The position numbers and the translations under genes are program-made. Shown in pieces: positions 1 through 8,280 of a stretch of 21,940 nt of DNA. The notes under the pieces are model-generated. The model searched no databases. It saw nothing but the letters and a program-made list of their open reading frames with translations, and was not told the DNA's origin. The stretch is from Polyangiaceae bacterium (GTDB lineage Bacteria > Myxococcota_A > Polyangia > Polyangiales > Polyangiaceae). Where the stretch lies: assembly GCA_044222475.1 (NCBI GenBank), contig JBGANF010000132.1:1-21940 (forward strand), read 5' to 3'. Position 1 is the stretch's first letter. Every line of letters begins with the position of its first letter.

Positions 1-88
1 CGTTGAGGAGGGCCGAGCGCAGCTTCGGATCTTCCTTCTTGTACGTCGCCTTGTCGATCACGTGCTCCAGGTTTGCGGAATCGAACAT
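1..88 (-). CDS. pap: Polyphosphate:AMP phosphotransferase (PPK2 family), 5' end only; runs off the window
   Basis: Manual translation of the minus strand from ATG at 88 gives MFDSANLEHVIDKATYKKEDPKLRSALLN. This closely resembles the N-terminus of proteobacterial PAP enzymes (MFESAExGHxIDKxTY...LRxALL). Only 29 codons are visible and the ORF is not in the supplied track. Confidence 0.75.
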   Translation of the reverse strand, partial: MFDSANLEHVIDKATYKKEDPKLRSALLN

Positions 89-126
89 CGCGCCAGCATA
101 ACCGGTCCCGCGCTAACATGGACCCG

Positions 127-3100
127 ATGGCGAAAGCCTCACCGCTCGAAGATGGCCGCCGGCTGCTACGCGAGTTGCACGCGGCCGAGGCTCTCGCCGC
201 AGTAGATGCGCTCGGGGGGGCAACCGACGCGCTACTTTTGCGCGGTCGCGCGTCCACGGTGCTCGAACGCTACGATCAGGCGTACCAATTGTTCGGCGCG
301 CTCTCGCAGCGACGGGAGATCACCGAGCGGCAGCTCGCCGAGCTTCGGATCGTGCGCGCCGCGCTCCTTCGACAGTCTTCCTCATCGTACGACGAAGCGC
401 TCGACCTCTCGACCCGCGGTGCGGCGCTCGCCGAGCGGGTAGGGGACCTGACCCTGGCCGCCGAAGGACACCTCGAGGCCGCGCGCGCGTTCGCGAAGAA
501 GCGGGCGCGCGACCTCGCCGACGAGCGCCTCGCGCGGGCGGTCGCGGTGAAGCCGAACGACCCGATGGTCACCGCCGCCGAGGGGGACGTCCTCGTCGCC
601 TTCGACGAGCGCTCGCTCGCGCTCGAGAAGTACGCTGCGGCGCGCGCGCTCGGTCCCATCGGCGAGCGGCTCGGTCGCGCCGGCGCTGCCAACGTCGCCT
701 TCCTCCTCGGCCAGTTCGACGAAGCGTTTCAGCACCTCGCGTCCCTCGCGCCTCCGCGCAGCGGCGAGGTCACCGTGCGCCGCTTGAGGGCGCGCATCCT
801 GCTCGCTCAGCAGCGCTGGCCCGAGGCCGTGTATGCCTTCGACGAGGTGATCGCCCGCGGCGTCGGCAGCGAGCGCGCGTCGATGGACAAGTACGAGCGC
901 GCCGGCGCGGTGTATCGCGCCGGGTGGTTCCCCCACGCGAAGGCCGCGTACGACGAGATCTCGGCGCTACCCGAGAAGAGCCGGCACGTCGATCTCGCGA
1001 AGCGGCACGCGAAGCTCCTCGCCCGACCCGACGTCGCACAGCGGCGCTGGGCGCGCCTCGTCGCGTTCCCGACGGTCGCCCAGCTCCGGAGCCACTGCGG
1101 CCCGGCGGCGTGCGAGCTCTACCTTCGCTACTTCGGCATCCCCGCGTCGCAGATCGAGGTCGCGCGCCAGATCAAGGAGCCCGACGCAGGTACGTCGATC
1201 TACAAGATGCGCCGCTTCCTCGAGAACGCCGGCTTCGTGACCCGCCGCGTCGAGGCCGAGCTACCGATGCTCAAGCGCCTCGTCGATGCGCAGGTCCCGG
1301 TCATCATGGAAGAGGACTACGTCGCGACCGGTCACGTCGCGGTCGCGATCGGCTACGACGACGTCCGCGAGCTCCTCGAGGTCCAAGACCCGATGAGCCA
1401 CGAGATCCGCGAGACCGGCTACGAGGACCTCGCCGAGCTGCGCGAGCTCTCGAACCACGGCGCGCTCATCGCCGTACCAAGAGGGGACGTCCAGCGGCTC
1501 GCTGCGCTCGATCGCATCGGCGCGGTCGAGTGCCGCTACATGTCGCTCATCGACGAGGCGTGGGCCGCACTCGACGCGGGCCGACCCGAAGAAGGGGATC
1601 GCCTCGCGCTCGAGTCGCAGGCGCTCCGCCGCGACTACGAGATGGGCTGGTTCTACCGCTTCCAGCGAGCGATCAGCCGCTTCGAGCGCGAGCCCAAGGC
1701 CGAGAACCGGCTCGCGATGCACGGCATCGTCGCCGAGGTCCGCGCGCTCTGGCCCGACGAGGACTGGCCGGAGCAACTGCAGGGCGAGGCCCTCATGGCC
1801 GACGGTCGCTACGGCGAAGCCGAGAGCGCGTTCAAGCGCGCGCGTGATCGCGAGCCTCGCGACCCGCGCACCTGGGCGTCCCTCGGCATGTGCGAGATGG
1901 CCGCGGGGAAGGACGACGCGGCGTACGAGTCGTTCTCGCAGGCGCTGCGTCGTGATCCCGCCCACCGCACCGCGAACGGAAGGCTCGCGTGGCTCGCGCT
2001 CGACCGCAACGAGGTCGACCGCGCGTTCACCCTCAACGCCGTCGCGCGGCGCCTCGCGCCGAAGCATCCGCTCAACCACTGGATCCACGGGCGGATCCTG
2101 GCGAAGAAGAAGCAGTACTCCGAGGCCGTCGCCGCGTTCGATCGCGCGATCGGGCTCGATCGCGGCAAGTCGGCGCCTCACCTCGACCGAGCGCGCGCGC
2201 TCGCGACGATGGGTCGGATCGACGACGCCGCGCGCGATCTGCAGGCCGCCGCCACCGAGCTCAAGAGCGGACGTCTCATTCCGCTCGAGCGCGCGCGACT
2301 GCTCTTCGCTCACGGCCGCGCGGCCGAAGCCGTGACCGCGGCGCGCGCGCTAGTCTCGGTCGACGCGAAGGACGCCGAGGCGCTCGCGATCCTCGGCGCT
2401 GCGTTGCTCGCGACCGGCGCCGAAGCCGAGGGCATGGAGAGCCTCCGCGGCGCGATGCGGCTTCGTCCCACCGACCCGTACGCCTACGTCGAGCTCGGTC
2501 GCCATCTCCGTCGCATCAAGGAGCCGGGGCGCGCGGTCGAGGCGTTCGCGACCGCGCTCGGTCTCGCCGGGCCCGAGCCGCGACGCGAGGTCGAGCTCGG
2601 CTTCGCGCTCGCCGAAGCCGGACACGCCGGTGAGGGTGCGCGCTACCTGACGCGGGGCGGTGCTCGCGGCGACCTCGACGAGGAGGAGCTCGTCCGCATC
2701 GGCGAGATCCTCGTCGACGCTGGACGCGCCGCGAAGCCCTTCTTCGACGACGTCCTCGCCGCGCGCCCGGACGATCCCGCCGTCATGCGCGCGTTCGTCC
2801 GCATCATGCTCGAGCTGTGTTGGGCACCCGGCGCCGGTCAGCCGGTGCTCGCCCGGCTCGCTCGTGCCGTGCCGGATGATCCGTACTCGCTCGCGCACCG
2901 CGGCTCGGAGGCGATGGACCGCGGGCTCGACAGCGAAGCCGAAGGCGAAAAGCTGCTTCGCGACGCGATTGCCCGCGCGCCCGCGCGCGAGTTCCCGCGC
3001 CGTGCCCTCGCCGAGCGCTTCGTCGCGCGAGGACGACACGAAGAGGCGATCGAGGCGCTGGCCCCATGCGAGGTTCGCCATCAGGTCATGCGCGCGCGCG

Positions 3101-3960
3101 TCAGAGCGCTCCTCGGCCTGGGGCGGACCGAAGAGGCGACGAAGGAGGTCGCACGCTTCGATGCGAAGTGGGGCAAGCCGGGCAAGGAGAGCTACGGCGC
3201 GCGCACGCTGCGCTACGAGATCCTCGTTGCCGCATCGGACTACGTCGGCGCGCTCGCTCTCGCCGAGGAGCTCGCGAAGATGGACGGAGAGCGCGAGGAC
3301 GACGGTCGGCTCGATCCGTGGGAGACGAACAAGTTCGAGTGCCTCGCTCGCCTCGGTGAAGACGAGCGCGCGCTGCGCTTCGGCGAACGGCAAGCGCTCG
3401 ACGGCCCGAGCCTCGCGCGGCTCACGCTGCTCGCGCACGAGTCGTGGCGCCCGGTGCTCGCTCAGGCGCTCGCGGATCGCGCGTTGCGTCTCGTCCCCGA
3501 CCACATGGCGGCGAAGTACGCCTCGGCGCGCACGGCCGAGCTTCGCGGTGACGCCGCGGAGGCCCAGCGTCTGCTTCAGGACCTCGCGCGCCGCGACGCG
3601 AACTGGCACCGGCCGCACGCTCAGATCGCGCGGCTCGCGATCTCCCGGGGCGACCCGCTCGCCGGCGCAGCCGCCGAGCTCGCCGTCCGCGCGGGACCGA
3701 CCTACGCCGAGACGTTCGGCGTGCGCGCACAAGTTCGAATGCTCGGCGGGGATCGCCGGGGCGCGCTCGCCGACGTCGAGCGCGCCTACCGCATGGCGCG
3801 CCCCGATCAACGTCACCGCGAGCTCTCCGACGTGAGCGGGCTGCGCGCCCAGCTCTACGGTGACCGGGCGAACGCGGATGCTTACTACGGGCGCTACGGG
3901 CAGGGGCCGATCTCCGCGGCCGACCGAGCGCGAGTGCAACGCCTGATGGCGTGCGGATAG
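127..3960 (+). CDS. Large tetratricopeptide-repeat protein with a central peptidase C39-like domain
   Basis: Many TPR-like helical pairs (e.g. YSEAVAAFDRAIGLD, YGEAESAFKRARDREPRD). Central VAQLRSHCGPAAC ... GHVAVAIGYDD ... VQDP gives the Gln/Cys/His/Asp set of papain-like C39 proteases. The track start (TTG 73) overlaps the divergent gene, so ATG 127 (or 118) is preferred. Confidence 0.88.
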   Translation: MAKASPLEDGRRLLRELHAAEALAAVDALGGATDALLLRGRASTVLERYDQAYQLFGALSQRREITERQLAELRIVRAALLRQSSSSYDEALDLSTRGAALAERVGDLTLAAEGHLEAARAFAKKRARDLADERLARAVAVKPNDPMVTAAEGDVLVAFDERSLALEKYAAARALGPIGERLGRAGAANVAFLLGQFDEAFQHLASLAPPRSGEVTVRRLRARILLAQQRWPEAVYAFDEVIARGVGSERASMDKYERAGAVYRAGWFPHAKAAYDEISALPEKSRHVDLAKRHAKLLARPDVAQRRWARLVAFPTVAQLRSHCGPAACELYLRYFGIPASQIEVARQIKEPDAGTSIYKMRRFLENAGFVTRRVEAELPMLKRLVDAQVPVIMEEDYVATGHVAVAIGYDDVRELLEVQDPMSHEIRETGYEDLAELRELSNHGALIAVPRGDVQRLAALDRIGAVECRYMSLIDEAWAALDAGRPEEGDRLALESQALRRDYEMGWFYRFQRAISRFEREPKAENRLAMHGIVAEVRALWPDEDWPEQLQGEALMADGRYGEAESAFKRARDREPRDPRTWASLGMCEMAAGKDDAAYESFSQALRRDPAHRTANGRLAWLALDRNEVDRAFTLNAVARRLAPKHPLNHWIHGRILAKKKQYSEAVAAFDRAIGLDRGKSAPHLDRARALATMGRIDDAARDLQAAATELKSGRLIPLERARLLFAHGRAAEAVTAARALVSVDAKDAEALAILGAALLATGAEAEGMESLRGAMRLRPTDPYAYVELGRHLRRIKEPGRAVEAFATALGLAGPEPRREVELGFALAEAGHAGEGARYLTRGGARGDLDEEELVRIGEILVDAGRAAKPFFDDVLAARPDDPAVMRAFVRIMLELCWAPGAGQPVLARLARAVPDDPYSLAHRGSEAMDRGLDSEAEGEKLLRDAIARAPAREFPRRALAERFVARGRHEEAIEALAPCEVRHQVMRARVRALLGLGRTEEATKEVARFDAKWGKPGKESYGARTLRYEILVAASDYVGALALAEELAKMDGEREDDGRLDPWETNKFECLARLGEDERALRFGERQALDGPSLARLTLLAHESWRPVLAQALADRALRLVPDHMAAKYASARTAELRGDAAEAQRLLQDLARRDANWHRPHAQIARLAISRGDPLAGAAAELAVRAGPTYAETFGVRAQVRMLGGDRRGALADVERAYRMARPDQRHRELSDVSGLRAQLYGDRANADAYYGRYGQGPISAADRARVQRLMACG

Positions 3961-5169
3961 TCAGAGCTTCTGCGCCCAGACCACCAGCTCTCCGTCCACC
4001 CGGTACGCGCCGTTGCGGCCGCAGGGGAGGGCCACGCCGCGGAGCGTCGCCCCGGCGCAGGCACGAAGGACGTCGTTGGTTCCGTCCATCGCGACGGTCG
4101 TGACGTTGCCGACCGCGTCGACGTCGAGGCGAAGGCGCATCGAGGTCGTCTGTGCGATCGGCGCGGCTGCGGCACACGCCGCGAGCCGAGAGACCGCAGC
4201 GTCCACGTAGGGCACGACCGCTCCGCCGTCGCTCGCGCGGATCGATTGCAGGCGCGCGGCGTACTTCACGCCGCGCAGATCGACGGTGGCGTGCGGATCG
4301 TTGATCGCACGAATCTCCAGCCGTCGCTCGGCCGATGCCGGCGGGAATTTCACCGCGCTCGCGACCTTGCAGTAGCAGCTCGTCCGCGCGCCCGCGGCGT
4401 GCGCGTGAATGCGCTCGGCCTCGACCTCGCATTGGGTCGCCGTGCCGTCCGGTCCGACGACCATGCGGATGGCGTCGGCACCGCCGGCGCTCCATCCGTT
4501 CTCGAAGCACGCGCCGAAATCGAAGAGCGTCGCCCGCGGTGGAGCGTCCCACGTTCCGAACGCTTCGACCGACTCCGCGCGGGCGGTGGGCGGCCCGGCG
4601 TTCGGCGAGACGGCACCGGAGAGCGCGAGGTCACCGCTCGCCGTCGCGGGGCCGAGCTTGTCGAGCGCGGCGAGCCAACCGGCGGGCGTCTCCGGAGCGT
4701 CCACCTTCGCCTCGAAGCGGTCCATCGTCTGCCACGGGCCGTCCCCCTCGGGCGGTCGCTCGATCGTGAGCGCGATCGTGCACGGCTTCGATTGGCACGA
4801 CGCCATCACGCGAACCTGCGGAACACGGCCCCAGCGCGCGCGCACGCGATCGTCGAGGGACCGCTGCGCGCGGCACGTCGGCTCCGGGGCGGCGAGCGCG
4901 TCGACCTCTTCGGGCTTCGTCACCGCTGCGCCCTGCGCGCTGATCAGCGCGTGAACCTTCGCTTGGAGCGCGCGGCGATCGGCGACGAGGAGCGGCGCAG
5001 CGACCGCCACGACCGGCATGACGACGTAGGGCCCAGCCGGAGCTGCGGCATCGGGGGCGTCGTTCGTGGTCGCGCTGTTCGCGGCGGGCGTCGGCGGAGT
5101 GCACGCGAAGGCGGCGAGCGCGACGGCGAGGGAACGAACGGCGACGGGGAGGAGCCGACGGAGGTGCAC
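3961..5169 (-). CDS. Predicted lipoprotein with two C-terminal TonB-C-like (AgmX/PglI-type) domains
   Basis: Signal peptide with lipobox AAFA-C and a Pro/Ala linker. Two modules follow the pattern helix-C...beta-(V/D)xxxG-beta...helix-C...F/L-P (FGACF..MVVGPDG..SCYC..VKFPP and LAACA..LDVDAVG..RACA..VALP). The domain call is from pattern memory. Confidence 0.6.
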   Translation of the reverse strand: MHLRRLLPVAVRSLAVALAAFACTPPTPAANSATTNDAPDAAAPAGPYVVMPVVAVAAPLLVADRRALQAKVHALISAQGAAVTKPEEVDALAAPEPTCRAQRSLDDRVRARWGRVPQVRVMASCQSKPCTIALTIERPPEGDGPWQTMDRFEAKVDAPETPAGWLAALDKLGPATASGDLALSGAVSPNAGPPTARAESVEAFGTWDAPPRATLFDFGACFENGWSAGGADAIRMVVGPDGTATQCEVEAERIHAHAAGARTSCYCKVASAVKFPPASAERRLEIRAINDPHATVDLRGVKYAARLQSIRASDGGAVVPYVDAAVSRLAACAAAAPIAQTTSMRLRLDVDAVGNVTTVAMDGTNDVLRACAGATLRGVALPCGRNGAYRVDGELVVWAQKL

Positions 5170-5215
5170 GCTTCGGAGGTATCACGGTCGAGTTTTCGTG
5201 CTTCAATGTTTTTTG

Positions 5216-5656
5216 ATGTCGTCCCGGTCCAGCCCCTATCCCCTGAGCCGCATGGCACCCGCCTTCGATCTGGTGGACGTTGCCAGCGAAATTCAGCGCG
5301 CCGACGCCACGTTGGCCTCGGTCACCGGGGGAAAGCTGCACGTCATCGCGGAGCAGATCCGCGCGCTCCAAGCGCGCGCGCGCGAGATCCTCGAGCGCAC
5401 GCAACGGGACGCGGAGCTGCACCGCGTCCGGTGCAACTTCGAGAAGCACCCCGGGGGCGTCTACCACCTCTACCGGCGGGCGGACGGCACGCTGTGGTTC
5501 TCGCTCCTCGCGCCCGAGGAGTGGATCTCCCAGAAGCCGGAGCACGTCGCGTCGTACCGCCTCGAGGCAGATCTTTCGTTCACCCCGACCACGGAGATCG
5601 CGGAGCGCGAAGCCGAGGCGGCTCAGCTCGCGCGCCTCCTGCCTCCGGCGCGGTAG
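5216..5656 (+). CDS. DUF2452 family protein (C1orf50-like)
   Basis: SSPYPLSR..DLVD.A.EIQRAD...KL.VIAEQIR.LQ..A..IL....LH...CNF.K.PG.VYHLY...FSLL.PEEW matches the DUF2452 pattern. ATG 5216 is chosen because the longer track ORF overlaps the divergent gene. Confidence 0.8.
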   Translation: MSSRSSPYPLSRMAPAFDLVDVASEIQRADATLASVTGGKLHVIAEQIRALQARAREILERTQRDAELHRVRCNFEKHPGGVYHLYRRADGTLWFSLLAPEEWISQKPEHVASYRLEADLSFTPTTEIAEREAEAAQLARLLPPAR

Positions 5657-5685
5657 GCCTTCTTCACTGACATGGAGCGGATGGA

Positions 5686-6474
5686 ATGAGAATCGTCGGA
5701 TGTGTCTTCCTCGTCGCCGCGGTGGCGAGCGTCGGTGCGTGTGCGAAGCGGGACGAGCCGTCGTGGGCGAAGCTCCCCGATCACGGCACGAGCGGTGACT
5801 CGACGATCACCGGTGAGCCGGCGAAGGTCGTCCACTTCGCGACCGCGCCGACGATCGACGGCAAGCTCGACGACGCGGTGTGGAACGACGCGACGGTGCT
5901 CGGTCCGCTCGTCGACCCGGGCGGCGGCAAGGAAGACCGAGCGAGCCGCGTGGCCTCGTACGGCAAGCTCGGGTGGGACGACAAGAACCTCTACGTCGGG
6001 ATGGTCGTTCGCGACGACAGCCCGGTGTCGCCCTTCAAGCGGGACGACGCGGACCCGCACCTCTGGGAGAAGTCGTCGGCGATCGAGCTGATGATCCAGC
6101 CTGGCGACCCTGGCGACAACAAGGACTACTACGAGATCCAGATGGACACGAAGAACGCCATCTTCGACACCCACTGGGACGACTACAACACCCCGATCGT
6201 CGACGGCGAGGTGTTCGGGCACCCACTCTGGTCGTGCAAGGCCGAGCGCGCAGCGACGATCGACGGCGGGCGGTCGTACACGATCGAGGCGGCGATTCCG
6301 TTCAGCGCGTTCGAGAAGGGCCGCGTCTCGTTTCCTCCGAAGAGCGGAGACGTGTGGCGCATCAACCTCTACTCGTTCCGCGACGGCCAATCGATCGCGC
6401 TCGCGTGGTCGCCGATCAAGGGGCAGGGCAACTTCCACCGCAGCTCGCGCTTCGGTCGAGTGAAGTTCCAGTAG
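5686..6474 (+). CDS. Lipoprotein with a carbohydrate-binding family 9-like (DOMON/CBM9) domain
   Basis: Lipobox VGA-C. Motifs APTIDGKLDDAVW, LGWDDKNLYVG, YTIEAAIPF, GDVWRINLY and FH...FGRV are typical of CBM9-like domains. GGAG lies upstream of the start. Confidence 0.85.
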   Translation: MRIVGCVFLVAAVASVGACAKRDEPSWAKLPDHGTSGDSTITGEPAKVVHFATAPTIDGKLDDAVWNDATVLGPLVDPGGGKEDRASRVASYGKLGWDDKNLYVGMVVRDDSPVSPFKRDDADPHLWEKSSAIELMIQPGDPGDNKDYYEIQMDTKNAIFDTHWDDYNTPIVDGEVFGHPLWSCKAERAATIDGGRSYTIEAAIPFSAFEKGRVSFPPKSGDVWRINLYSFRDGQSIALAWSPIKGQGNFHRSSRFGRVKFQ

Positions 6475-6483
6475 CCGTTCGCC

Positions 6484-7116
6484 TCACGCGTCGGCAGCGA
6501 GCGCGTCCTTGATGCGGGCCCGGATCGCGTCGACCGGCTCCGCGCCCATGACCGCGAACTTCTGCGCGAAGATCACGAGCGGTACCGCAGTGACCCCCTG
6601 TCGCTGCATCTCGTCGGCGTCGTTCTTGGTCTGCTCGAGCTCGCTCGGGTCGTCGAGGATGGCCTTCACCTCGTTGCCGTCGAAGCCGTGCTCGCGCGCG
6701 ATCGAGGTGAGGATCTTCCGATCGCCGATGTCTTCCCCTTCGAGGAAGTAGGCGCGGAAGATGTCGCGGGCGAACGCACGCTGGGTGCCCTTGCGGTGCG
6801 AGTGGCGGACCAACGTGTGAGCCGGGATCGACGACGGGTAGCGCCGGATCTTCTTGAAATCGAGGTCGATCCCGCTCTTCTTCGCCTCGAGCTCGACGCG
6901 GACGAAGATCTTCGAGACGTCGCCACCGAACTTCTTGCCGAGCCGCTCGCGGAGGTCTGCGCCCTCGGGCGGGATCTTCGAGTCGAGGAGGTACGGGAGG
7001 TAGACGATCTCGGCCTCGACGCCATCGAGCCCCTTGAGCGCCTGATCGAGGCGGTGGGAGCCGATGAAGCACCAGGGGCAGGCGAAGTCGGACACGACGT
7101 CGATCGCGAGCTTCAT
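6484..7116 (-). CDS. DsbA-family dithiol-disulfide isomerase (FrnE-like)
   Basis: MKLAIDVVSDFACPWCFIG (CPWC active site), AYFLEGEDIGD and GVTAVP (cis-Pro loop). No signal peptide. ATG at 7116. Confidence 0.9.
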   Translation of the reverse strand: MKLAIDVVSDFACPWCFIGSHRLDQALKGLDGVEAEIVYLPYLLDSKIPPEGADLRERLGKKFGGDVSKIFVRVELEAKKSGIDLDFKKIRRYPSSIPAHTLVRHSHRKGTQRAFARDIFRAYFLEGEDIGDRKILTSIAREHGFDGNEVKAILDDPSELEQTKNDADEMQRQGVTAVPLVIFAQKFAVMGAEPVDAIRARIKDALAADA

Positions 7117-7178
7117 GACCCTTGGTCCGTAGCACGAAGTTGGCTCCCGAGGAGGTCGGTCACGTATCCTCTTCACCG

Positions 7179-8264
7179 GTGGGTCGGACCAAGCGCCTCC
7201 TCGCGTCTCTCCTCACGCTCCTCGTCGCCGTCGCCGTGGTGGGGTGGTCGCGCCGCGCCCTCGCCGCCGAGTGCACCGGCCCCGACGCGTGCTGCATCAC
7301 CGATCCGGCGAAGGTCACCGTGCCGCTGCCCACCCACGTCCGAGTCGGCATGCGCATCCGCCGCATCGGGAACATCGACGAGCAGGCCGCCCAGTACCAG
7401 GCCGACCTCACGCTTCTGCTCCACTGGCCCGCCGGCGGTCTTCGACCGGACCCGAGGCCACGCAACGCGGGCACGGACTTCACGACGTCGCTGGACGAGA
7501 CCAAGCTCGACGGCGACACCTGCTACCGCGAGCAGCGACTCGATGGGAACTTCCTCAGCTGGTTCCGGCTGCGGCGGTTCCCGTTCGACTCGCAGAACCT
7601 CCGCATCAACCTCGAGGACCGCGCGCATACGGACCCCCAGATGGTCTACGAGAAGGAGATGTGGCCGAACACGATCTCGGCGGACGCCTACCGCGAGATC
7701 GGCGGTTGGAAGATCGAGGACTACCCGCACCTCTCGTTCAAGCACTCGACGTTCGCCTACCCGCAGTCGTCGTCGCACCCGATGCTGATCTTGATCGAGA
7801 TCCCCGTCCAGCGGCAGTGGCGCTTCTACGTGACGCGGTATTTCCTGCCGCTCTTTCTCATCGTCCTCCTCGCGTACTGCCTCTTCTGGATCCGCCCCGA
7901 GGACCTCGGGAGCGCATCGTCGATCGGCATCACGTGCGTCCTCGCGATCATCACGTTTCAGATCACACAGGCCGATCGCCTGCCGCGGGTGCCGTACATG
8001 ACGATCGCGGACATCGTGTACGTCGTCTGTTACGGCGCGACCGGCGTCGCGGTCGTGTCGACGGTGCGCGAGGCATACCTCTCCGCGCAGGGTCGCGCCG
8101 CGGCGGCGAACGCGCTCGACAAACGCATGCGCTGGCTGTTCCCGCTCCTCGTGGTCGCGGCGATCGGTCTCGGCAGCCTCTGGGGATGGAAGAGCGAGAT
8201 CGACCCGTCGAAGGACGTACCGTTCGAGCTCGGTCCGGCGTCGATGCCGGCCGGCGAAAAGTAA
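7179..8264 (+). CDS. Prokaryotic pentameric ligand-gated ion channel (Pro-loop/Cys-loop superfamily, GLIC/ELIC-like)
   Basis: Signal peptide; beta-sandwich starting VRVGMRIRRIGNID..YQAD..L.W; signature LRRFPFDSQ (FPFD at 7578-7589); GWKI; pre-M1 Arg. Four TM helices, with an M1 Pro (YFLPLFLIV..FWI) and the M2-M3 loop LPRVPYMT.AD. Start uncertain (GTG 7179 preferred). Confidence 0.9.
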   Translation: MGRTKRLLASLLTLLVAVAVVGWSRRALAAECTGPDACCITDPAKVTVPLPTHVRVGMRIRRIGNIDEQAAQYQADLTLLLHWPAGGLRPDPRPRNAGTDFTTSLDETKLDGDTCYREQRLDGNFLSWFRLRRFPFDSQNLRINLEDRAHTDPQMVYEKEMWPNTISADAYREIGGWKIEDYPHLSFKHSTFAYPQSSSHPMLILIEIPVQRQWRFYVTRYFLPLFLIVLLAYCLFWIRPEDLGSASSIGITCVLAIITFQITQADRLPRVPYMTIADIVYVVCYGATGVAVVSTVREAYLSAQGRAAAANALDKRMRWLFPLLVVAAIGLGSLWGWKSEIDPSKDVPFELGPASMPAGEK

Positions 8265-8280
8265 GGAATCCTCCGGTCGA

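Noticed and set aside
1066..1480. C39 domain as evidence of a bacteriocin/RiPP cluster
   Set aside because: No precursor peptide, modifying enzyme or linked peptide exporter is adjacent.
1261..3939. Long antisense and alternate-frame ORFs (e.g. 2350-3939 minus, 2660-3835 plus; also 17256-19163 minus, 4246-5670 plus, 8579-10072 plus)
   Set aside because: Arg/Ala/Pro-rich shadow ORFs, expected in GC-rich DNA where stop codons are rare. They have no motifs and overlap well-supported genes.
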